DNA from: Erysipelotrichaceae bacterium
GTDB taxonomy: Bacteria; Bacillota_I; Bacilli_A; Erysipelotrichales; Erysipelotrichaceae
DNA length: 32,000 nucleotides
Direction of reading: 5' to 3'
Assembly: GCA_963676105.1 (NCBI GenBank)
Contig: OY781039.1
Coordinates: 660,001 to 692,000, forward strand
Position 1 is the first letter of the stretch. The number at the start of each line of letters is the position of its first letter. The position numbers were made by a program, and so were the translations under genes. Of this stretch, positions 1 to 6,768 are shown piece by piece. The notes below the pieces were generated by a model. It did no database searches. It worked only from the letters and a program-made list of their open reading frames with translations, and was not told the origin of the DNA.

Positions 1-13
1 TAAAGTATAGCAT

Positions 14-517
14 TTACCTCGTAAATATCACGATATAGTTATACCCAAGCTTTTGTGCACATTCAGGGCATGTTGTATGAAATACAAACTGTTCTTTTAT
101 ACTTATACCCTTTAGTGACCATTCTTCTTGGATAAGTCGTTTCCATTTTGGTATCTGTTTAACACTTCCTTCAAAGACACGTGCCCTAAAAACCCCTTTG
201 ACTTTCCTTAAGGGGAAGTTACTGATTTGATGAGGAACATGAAAATAATGTGTGGAAGAAAAGAGAGAATCCTTACTTAAACTAAAGTGAATATGATCTT
301 TAGTTTTATCTTGTTTATGGATAAACTGTCGATATCTTTTAAGTACACTAAATAAATTAATATGCATGAAAAAGAAAGCACTAGATCCAACGCGTATAAA
401 ATCTAATTTTGAAAAATCAAAAAGTTTTCGATCCCATTGCCCAGGATCAAAGACGTGACAACATGAATCATTTTGATTATCATCTTCAATTTTCGGTAAT
501 AGATAATTGATTGTCAT
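14..517 (-). CDS. Cys-rich conserved hypothetical protein (N-terminal CC plus C-terminal CPxC), paralog 1 of a tandem pair
   Basis: 167-aa ORF. A GGAGG box (nt 525-529, minus strand) lies 7 nt upstream of the ATG at 517. It aligns end to end with the neighbouring ORF through shared CC..F.P..WDRK.FDFS.L.F, RVFEG and KEQFVF.TTCP.CA..G.NYIVIFTR blocks. I recognise the family, which is usually annotated only as hydrolase or hypothetical. No function is assignable from sequence. Confidence 0.7.
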   Translation of the reverse strand: MTINYLLPKIEDDNQNDSCCHVFDPGQWDRKLFDFSKLDFIRVGSSAFFFMHINLFSVLKRYRQFIHKQDKTKDHIHFSLSKDSLFSSTHYFHVPHQISNFPLRKVKGVFRARVFEGSVKQIPKWKRLIQEEWSLKGISIKEQFVFHTTCPECAQKLGYNYIVIFTR

Positions 518-624
518 AGATATCCCTCCACTCTTTTGAAGAAGGATACCATAGTTTTCGATATGGATGGGTTATACTTGTATACCAATTAAGTATAAAA
601 GAGAGTTATAACTTTAATACGCTT

Positions 625-1131
625 TTATCGAGTGAAAATTACAATGTAATTATGTCCATACGTTTTTGCGCACTTTGGACAGGTTGTATAGAAGACAAAT
701 TGTTCTTTGATAGCTTTACCTTTTGTACTCCAATCAGTTTCTATTTCTTTCATCCATGAAGGTATTTCATTGAAATTCCCTTCAAAGACACGTGCACAAA
801 ATGTGCCTTTTACTTTCTCTAAAGGCATCTTAGTCATTTGATTATTGACCATAAAATAATGAACTGAAGAAAAAGCAGACAAGTCTTTGCTTAAAATAAG
901 GTATTGATGATCAGGTTGAGCATCATCTTGATCAATCTTTGCTTGTACCACGGTCATAACTTTTCCTAAGTTTAATGGCATATGCATAAATGATTTACTA
1001 AAAGCTTTCACAAAAGAAAGATCTGAAAAGTCAAAAAACTTTCGATCCCATCTTTCCGGATAAAATTTAGGGCAACAACCCGTTAACATATCTGCATCGC
1101 TATAACTTGGAATCGTTTTTAAAACAGTCAT
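625..1131 (-). CDS. Cys-rich conserved hypothetical protein, paralog 2 of the tandem pair
   Basis: The ORF track gives 625..1137 (MNMTV...). The AGAGGA box at 1138-1143 (minus strand) directly abuts the first ATG but lies 6 nt from the ATG at 1131, so 1131 is the likelier start. The four Cys (GCCPKF, TTCPKCAK) and the overall alignment match ORF 14..517. Confidence 0.7.
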   Translation of the reverse strand: MTVLKTIPSYSDADMLTGCCPKFYPERWDRKFFDFSDLSFVKAFSKSFMHMPLNLGKVMTVVQAKIDQDDAQPDHQYLILSKDLSAFSSVHYFMVNNQMTKMPLEKVKGTFCARVFEGNFNEIPSWMKEIETDWSTKGKAIKEQFVFYTTCPKCAKTYGHNYIVIFTR

Positions 1132-1210
1132 ATTCATTCCTCTTTTTTTATATTATATCGTTTTGTTTACTTTAAGTGCATTATTCTTATCTTCACGTTA
1201 AAATAATGTC

Positions 1211-2176
1211 ATGGAAAATCATACACACAATCACGATAAACATGATCATCATGAACACAATCATGATCACAATCATGATAAACATGATCACAATCATCAT
1301 CACCATGATGTCACTCAACTCTCAGGCAAAAAGATTGCGGGGGTTACTTTATTAAATGCGATTATTACGATTACTGAAATTATAGGTGGTTTAGTTTCAG
1401 GCTCTTTAGCACTTTTATCAGATGCGATGCATAACTTATCGGATACCTTATCGATCGTCATTAGTTATGTAGCCTTTAAAATTGCTCAAAGACCAAAAAA
1501 CAAACACAAAACTTATGGTTATAAACGAATTGAAATACTAACCGCAAGTATTAACTCATTAGTTTTAGTTGTTATATCTACATTACTTGTAAAGGAAGCG
1601 ATTGATCGCTTTAGTAATCCTCAAGAAATAGATACAGGATGGTTACTTATTGTTGCGGTGATTGGACTTCTCGCAAATCTCTTTTCTGTTTTCCTTTTAG
1701 AAAAGGATTCACATCATAACTTAAACATTAAATCATCTTACTTACACTTGATGGCAGATACCCTTTCCTCAGTTGGTGTTATCATTGCAGGTTTAATTAT
1801 TTACTTCTTTAATATCCTTTGGATTGATAGTGTAATTACATTGATTATCGCTATCTATATCTTTAAAGAAGCAGCTAAGATATTACTTGTTACCTTTGAT
1901 ATCTTAATGCAGGCATCACCAAACTTAGACTATGATGCGATAAAAACAGAGATTGAAACAGTAGATCATGTTAAAAACATTCATCATGTTCATGCATGGC
2001 GTATGGATGAAAAGAACATTTTCTTTGAAGCCCATATCGACTTTGAAGATTTACCATTATCAACCCTACAAAAATCCCTTCATAAAATAGATCATATTTT
2101 AAAAGAACACTATGGTATTTACCATACAACACTTCAAGCTGAATGTGATGCATGTAGTACCAAGGAACTGTTTTAA
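1211..2176 (+). CDS. Cation diffusion facilitator (CDF) family divalent-metal efflux transporter (CzcD/ZitB-like) with a His-rich N-terminus
   Basis: 321 aa. 16 His fall within residues 4-32. Six hydrophobic segments are present, with CDF signatures (LLSDAMHNLSD in TM2, HLMADTLSS in TM5) and a C-terminal cytoplasmic domain (HHVHAWRMD...). No Shine-Dalgarno is visible upstream. Confidence 0.9.
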   Translation: MENHTHNHDKHDHHEHNHDHNHDKHDHNHHHHDVTQLSGKKIAGVTLLNAIITITEIIGGLVSGSLALLSDAMHNLSDTLSIVISYVAFKIAQRPKNKHKTYGYKRIEILTASINSLVLVVISTLLVKEAIDRFSNPQEIDTGWLLIVAVIGLLANLFSVFLLEKDSHHNLNIKSSYLHLMADTLSSVGVIIAGLIIYFFNILWIDSVITLIIAIYIFKEAAKILLVTFDILMQASPNLDYDAIKTEIETVDHVKNIHHVHAWRMDEKNIFFEAHIDFEDLPLSTLQKSLHKIDHILKEHYGIYHTTLQAECDACSTKELF

Positions 2177-2677
2177 ATGTTGTCTGTGATAAAAACTAGC
2201 ATTACAGATTTAAAGGTTGACGCAATGGTTAATGCGGCCAATACATATCTCAGTCGAGGATCAGGTGTTTGTGGTCATATTTTTAAGGTAGCGGGACCTG
2301 AACTCGATCAAGCGTGTGCTCAAATTGGTTATTGTAACATTGGTGAAGCAGTTATTACCCCAGGTTTTAATTCTAAGGCAAAATACATTATTCATACTGT
2401 GGGGCCTAAATATTTTGAGAATCATCCTGATAAAGCCTTACAGCTTAGAAACTGTTATATAAACTCATGTCAGTTAGCATTAGATAATCACTGCACATCA
2501 ATATCATTCCCAGCTATAAGTACTGGTATTTATGGCTATCCACTTGATGAAGCTGCTGAAATAGCTGTAAAAGCTTGTAAAGATTTCCTAGATAAAACAA
2601 AAGACAGTTTAGACATTGTCTTAACTGCCTTTGATGAAAATACGTATTTAGAATTAATGAAGCAACTTAAACAATAA
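2177..2677 (+). CDS. Macro-domain protein (O-acetyl-ADP-ribose deacetylase / ADP-ribose-binding, YmdB-like)
   Basis: 166 aa. Motifs VDAMVNAANTYLSRGSGVCGHIFKVAG and SISFPAISTGIYGYP are typical of the macro fold. The ATG directly follows the CDF stop (TAAATG), implying co-transcription. Confidence 0.85.
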   Translation: MLSVIKTSITDLKVDAMVNAANTYLSRGSGVCGHIFKVAGPELDQACAQIGYCNIGEAVITPGFNSKAKYIIHTVGPKYFENHPDKALQLRNCYINSCQLALDNHCTSISFPAISTGIYGYPLDEAAEIAVKACKDFLDKTKDSLDIVLTAFDENTYLELMKQLKQ

Positions 2678-2731
2678 TTTCAATAAACTGCATGAAACTT
2701 AAACTGTAGAGGATTACCTCTACTTTTTTAT
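2677..2731 (+). repeat. Direct repeat copy 1: a relic addA 3' end plus a terminator hairpin
   Basis: Matches 3500-3554 at 46 of 55 positions (hand alignment, constant offset of 823 nt). Read on the minus strand it gives NKKVEVILYSLSFMQFIEIIV*, against the real AddA terminus HKKVEGYLYSLRLKQFIEIK*. Confidence 0.8.
2706..2729 (+). terminator. Rho-independent terminator of the CDF/macro operon
   Basis: GTAGAGG-atta-CCTCTAC (2706-2723) followed by T6 (2724-2729), 29 nt after the macro gene stop. Confidence 0.75.
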
Positions 2732-2786
2732 TTAGGACTTATTAAACAAAAAGCGTAAATAAAAGTAAGTTCAAAATTAAATATTC

Positions 2787-2815
2787 TTGAATATATGGAA
2801 TATATTCCATATAAT
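2787..2815 (+). promoter_or_regulatory. higBA promoter with an embedded palindromic operator
   Basis: The -35 is TTGAAT (2787-2792) and the -10 is TATAAT (2810-2815), with a 17-nt spacer. A perfect 22-bp palindrome, TATATGGAATA|TATTCCATATA (2792-2813), fills the spacer, as expected for TA autoregulation. Confidence 0.7.
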
Positions 2816-2846
2816 AATAAGTAAATTGAACTTTGAATGGATAAGA

Positions 2847-3218
2847 ATGAAATTTAAAGTTCAATATTATATTAAAAGTAATGGTGAAATCCCTGTATCA
2901 GATTTTCTCGATAAACTTGACTCAAAAATGCGAGCAAAAATGATTCGAAATATTCAACTTCTTGAAGAAAATGGAAATTATCTTTCTATGCCTTATAGCG
3001 AAGCTTTAAGCAAAGGATTATTCCAGTTAAGAGCTCAATCCGCCGGAAACATTACTAGAATTATTTATTTTTTCTACCATGATAATACAATTATTTTAAC
3101 TAATGGCTTTATTAAAAAAACTAACAAAACACCTATTAAATATTTACTAATCGCACAAAAATACAAAGATGAATATATAAAATACATGAGGCACAAGCAT
3201 GAAAACAATGAACTTTGA
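2847..3218 (+). CDS. higB: Type II toxin, RelE/HigB superfamily (phage Gp49-like)
   Basis: The 123-aa product starts at ATG 2847. The TTG start at 2787 in the ORF track lies inside the promoter and is rejected. The pattern MKFKVQYYIKSNGEIPVSDFLDKL...LFQLRAQSAGNITRIIYFFYHDNTIILTNGFIKKTNKTP is typical of Gp49/HigB toxins. The toxin-first order and 20-nt overlap with the antitoxin fit this call. Confidence 0.85.
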   Translation: MKFKVQYYIKSNGEIPVSDFLDKLDSKMRAKMIRNIQLLEENGNYLSMPYSEALSKGLFQLRAQSAGNITRIIYFFYHDNTIILTNGFIKKTNKTPIKYLLIAQKYKDEYIKYMRHKHENNEL

Positions 3219-3492
3219 AGATGATTTAAAACGAAGATTAAAAGATCCTGAATTCAAAAAAGAATATGATGACTTAGAGCAAGAATACACTATTATCCAA
3301 GCCATCATTGATGCACGTGCTTCTAGAAACTTAACGCAAAAACAATTAGCAAAGTTAACTGGTATAAATCAAGCAGATATTAGTAAACTTGAAAGAGGTA
3401 TGACAAATCCTTCAATAAAACTATTGAAGAAATTTGCTGATGGTTTAGATATGGATTTACATATCAGTTTTACACCAAAAATCCACCAATAA
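3199..3492 (+). CDS. higA: XRE-family HTH antitoxin (HigA-like)
   Basis: 97 aa. The HTH is NLTQKQLAKLTGINQADISKLERGMTNPSIKLLKKFADGL. It overlaps the toxin gene. Confidence 0.85.
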   Translation: MKTMNFEDDLKRRLKDPEFKKEYDDLEQEYTIIQAIIDARASRNLTQKQLAKLTGINQADISKLERGMTNPSIKLLKKFADGLDMDLHISFTPKIHQ

Positions 3493-6400
3493 TTATTTGA
3501 TTTCAATAAATTGTTTTAATCTTAAACTGTAGAGGTAACCCTCTACTTTTTTATGTGGGTATTGAATTCGCAGTACTTCCATATAGTTTTCTATCTGTTC
3601 ATGGTAAAGCTCAATAAAAGTTTGTGGATCATCTAGTCCATCGGTTTTATAGTCAATGCAGTAAACTGTTGAATCCGTTATCGCAATACAGTCCATATAA
3701 CCATGTAAAACGTAATTATTTATCAAGGCATGGAAAGCATATTCATGTTTAATATCACCTTTTAACATTGACTGATAGATATCAGACTTATAGTAAGTCA
3801 TAAAAGCCTCTTGATCAGATTCGCTTAAATCAGGCTTATACTCTAAAAGTACATCTATTGTCCAATCTCTTAATGGTAAATCTTCAAAGAGTTTATGGAT
3901 TTCAGTTCCATGAACGGTTCCTTTATTTTGATTGAAATTTAAATGAACTTCAGTGAGTTTTGGATGGGTAGAACTTGGCGTTTTAAATTCTAGTGAATTG
4001 ATTGGTTTAGCAGTATATTTAAACTCTTTCTTTTCTTTTATTTTCTTTTCATTAAAAGAATAAGTTTGATCAATAATTTCTAGAATATGTTCAACCTTAA
4101 CTTTGCCTAATGATGCATTAATAGCGGCTTCAATTAAATAGGTACTTCCCCAACCATCTAACATGACACTATCAACTAAAGGAATATTAAATTTAGGTGT
4201 TTGATCAATAATGATTAGTTTGTCGACTGCACGCGTTAAAGCGACATAGATTAAACGAACCTGCTCTAAGATATCTTCCACCCTTGTTTTCATTTCAATC
4301 GCAATTCTTAATGGATTTTTACGTGTTCCTAAGTTTGGAAATTGAATCGTCTTCAACATAAAGCCAAGTTCACTATCCGCAATTAAAGCTGCATCATTAT
4401 CTTTTACACTTGCCCTTAAACGTGACCAATATAAAACCACTGGAAATTCTAAACCCTTAGATTGATGAATGGTCATAACTCGTACGACATCATCTTCTTG
4501 AGTAAACGGTATCGCTTCTGTACTTTCAGTATCACTAACTGATGTTATTTGAGAAACAAACTCTGATAATGACATCGCTTGATCTCGATAGATTACAGTT
4601 TTTTCAAAGAGTAGATCTAAGTTAGCACGTGCTTGTTTATCACAGAAATCATCATAATAGTTGTTGTATCTGAAAATAGCTTTGATAATGGATAATAAAT
4701 CTGTTGATTTAACAGAATAAATAAAGTCCATCAGTTCTTGGTGTTTTTCAGGAAAGTCTTCTTTAAAGACTTGTACGAAGAAGCGATTATGTCGATGTAA
4801 TGCCATATTGGCCAAGTCTGTATCACTTAAACCAATAAACTTGGATAAACACAAGCCGACAAAGTTTAGATCATCATAAGGGTTTAAAATCGCTTTGATC
4901 ATCAGTAATACATCTTGTACAGCTGGCGCATTAAAGAAACCCGTTTTTGCGCTGATATGATGCGGGATATTTGCTTTTTCAAATAAGTCTTGTAGATATT
5001 CTTTTTCAGCATTCGATCTGACTAAGACAACATAATCACTATATTTCTTAAACTCAGTTTCAGCTCTCATCTTTTCAATGGTGTTAACCATATGAATGAC
5101 ATGTAACTTCGCATTTGGATCCACTTGGGTATCTGTATTTGTTGTTTCATCAGAATCATCAGAATCATTCGATGACGCTTCACTCTCTTCTTGTTTATTT
5201 AAGAAGTGTACTTCAATCGCTTCACCACCACTTTGTTTCTCTGTTCCAATTTTAACCGTATCAGAAGCATGAAAATATGAACCTAGATTTTCAAAGTCCA
5301 TGAGTTGTTTAAAGATATGATTATTAAACTCAACAATCGATTCTTTAGAACGATAGTTTTCATCTAAGAATAATACTTTATTGTTTTCATCGTTAATTCT
5401 CATAAGTCCTTGCATGAGTTGTGGTTGAGCATTTCTAAAACGATAAATACTTTGTTTAACATCCCCTACTCTAAAGACATTAGACCCACAACTAATGAGT
5501 TGAACAATTTGATTTTGAACTTCATTGGTATCTTGGAATTCATCAACCATGATTTCTTTGATTTTATCTTTGAAAACTTGATCAATTCTAAATTTCTCAT
5601 TCTTTAAGATATCAATCGCTAAATGTTCCATATCATCAAAATCAATGGCTAAAGCTTTTGCCTTGAGTTCTTTATAGAGTTCCATGCTAAGTTGTGTTAA
5701 ATCGATCAAAGTCTGTTGACGACTCTTTAACAAGCTCATATCACTAAACCAATCACTCTCTTCAAAATTCATATGAAGCATACGTTCATAGGCTTTTTTA
5801 TATGTATCCCATTGATGTTTAAGAATCTCTTTCCCTCGTTGAGGTGGACCATCAAACTCAAATGAAGAAGACATTTCAAGTAAAACATTATGATATTTAG
5901 CATAGTCAAAATTAACACTCAATTGTTTAAGTTGATTGTAATAAACTGATTTTCTTAATTCAGTGTCGATAAAGATGTCTCGTTTTTCTAAATCTTTTTT
6001 ATAAGATCTTCCTGCTTCTAAAAAAGCGACGTACTCTGCCCCTTCTACCACTTTCATAAGGGCACTATGGCGATATAAAAAGTGTTCAATATACCACTTA
6101 TATTGCATATCAAAATAGCGTTTATGGCTATCTTTTAAATCAGCATAAGTTTGTATATCACCTAAAGCTAAACTCATTTCAATCCATGCATCTTGATCTT
6201 CGATGGTATTAAGTTTGTTTTTAAGTTTATCTACGGCTTCTTTTAGATTAAAAGAAGAACTTAAACCTAAATCAAAATGCCAAGCGAGTTCACTCATAGC
6301 TTTTTCATCTTTTAAAATCATGGTTTTATAAGCCTGTGTAAAAGCTTCATCCCATAATCTTTTCTTTGATGGTTCATCTAAGACATTACGTACCTGATTA

Positions 6401-6768
6401 GGATCAATACCACTGACATAAGAATAGTTTTCAATAATCTTTAAACAGAAGGCATGAATGGTGGTGATATAAGCTGAAGGTAAGAGAGATAATTGTTGAG
6501 TTAAATGTGCTTTTATTTCAGGATCATCAACTTTTTTAATACGTTTATTCAAGTTTTCAGCTAAACGCTTACGCATTTCACTAGCCGCAAGCTCAGTAAA
6601 AGTAATCGCCACTACTTCATCAAGTGATATACGATCTGTTTCTAGGCGTTTCATTAATCGACCAATTAATACTGCTGTTTTACCAGCACCAGCTGATGCA
6701 CTAACAAGTACATTCGTATTTAAGGCATCAATCGCTGCTTGTTGTTTAGGACTCCAAGTAAAACTCAT
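3493..6768 (-). CDS. addA: ATP-dependent helicase/nuclease subunit A (AddA/RexA; UvrD-type SF1 helicase plus C-terminal RecB nuclease)
   Basis: 1091 aa. Walker A is ASAGAGKT, motif II is MVDEFQDTN, and VGDVKQSIYRFR and TIHQSKGLEFPVV are present. The C-terminal PD-(D/E)xK motif is GYMDCIAITDSTVYCIDYKTD. It overlaps addB by 4 nt. Confidence 0.9.
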   Translation of the reverse strand: MSFTWSPKQQAAIDALNTNVLVSASAGAGKTAVLIGRLMKRLETDRISLDEVVAITFTELAASEMRKRLAENLNKRIKKVDDPEIKAHLTQQLSLLPSAYITTIHAFCLKIIENYSYVSGIDPNQVRNVLDEPSKKRLWDEAFTQAYKTMILKDEKAMSELAWHFDLGLSSSFNLKEAVDKLKNKLNTIEDQDAWIEMSLALGDIQTYADLKDSHKRYFDMQYKWYIEHFLYRHSALMKVVEGAEYVAFLEAGRSYKKDLEKRDIFIDTELRKSVYYNQLKQLSVNFDYAKYHNVLLEMSSSFEFDGPPQRGKEILKHQWDTYKKAYERMLHMNFEESDWFSDMSLLKSRQQTLIDLTQLSMELYKELKAKALAIDFDDMEHLAIDILKNEKFRIDQVFKDKIKEIMVDEFQDTNEVQNQIVQLISCGSNVFRVGDVKQSIYRFRNAQPQLMQGLMRINDENNKVLFLDENYRSKESIVEFNNHIFKQLMDFENLGSYFHASDTVKIGTEKQSGGEAIEVHFLNKQEESEASSNDSDDSDETTNTDTQVDPNAKLHVIHMVNTIEKMRAETEFKKYSDYVVLVRSNAEKEYLQDLFEKANIPHHISAKTGFFNAPAVQDVLLMIKAILNPYDDLNFVGLCLSKFIGLSDTDLANMALHRHNRFFVQVFKEDFPEKHQELMDFIYSVKSTDLLSIIKAIFRYNNYYDDFCDKQARANLDLLFEKTVIYRDQAMSLSEFVSQITSVSDTESTEAIPFTQEDDVVRVMTIHQSKGLEFPVVLYWSRLRASVKDNDAALIADSELGFMLKTIQFPNLGTRKNPLRIAIEMKTRVEDILEQVRLIYVALTRAVDKLIIIDQTPKFNIPLVDSVMLDGWGSTYLIEAAINASLGKVKVEHILEIIDQTYSFNEKKIKEKKEFKYTAKPINSLEFKTPSSTHPKLTEVHLNFNQNKGTVHGTEIHKLFEDLPLRDWTIDVLLEYKPDLSESDQEAFMTYYKSDIYQSMLKGDIKHEYAFHALINNYVLHGYMDCIAITDSTVYCIDYKTDGLDDPQTFIELYHEQIENYMEVLRIQYPHKKVEGYLYSLRLKQFIEIK
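3500..3554 (+). repeat. Direct repeat copy 2: the functional addA 3' end containing the higBA terminator hairpin
   Basis: Partner of 2677-2731. It lies wholly inside the last ~20 codons of addA. Confidence 0.8.
3529..3552 (+). terminator. Rho-independent terminator for higBA, embedded in the addA coding sequence
   Basis: GTAGAGG-taac-CCTCTAC (3529-3546) followed by T6 (3547-3552), 37 nt after the higA stop. On the minus strand the run precedes the stem, so it acts only on the plus strand. Confidence 0.65.

Noticed and set aside
2177-2677. Functional link between the macro-domain gene (an ADP-ribose derivative hydrolase) and the SIR2 gene
   Set aside because: They are 14 kb apart, in different operons and with different base composition. 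The macro gene is coupled to the CDF gene instead. There is no evidence for a SirTM-like pairing.
2787-2846. TTG/GTG-extended N-termini in the ORF track: higB at 2787, orf196 at 11014, SIR2 at 16956 and the nuclease at 26646
   Set aside because: The extensions run through the promoter or SD sequences, or add non-conserved residues before the recognisable domain. An in-frame ATG with better SD spacing was chosen in each case. The SIR2 start remains uncertain because no SD is visible.
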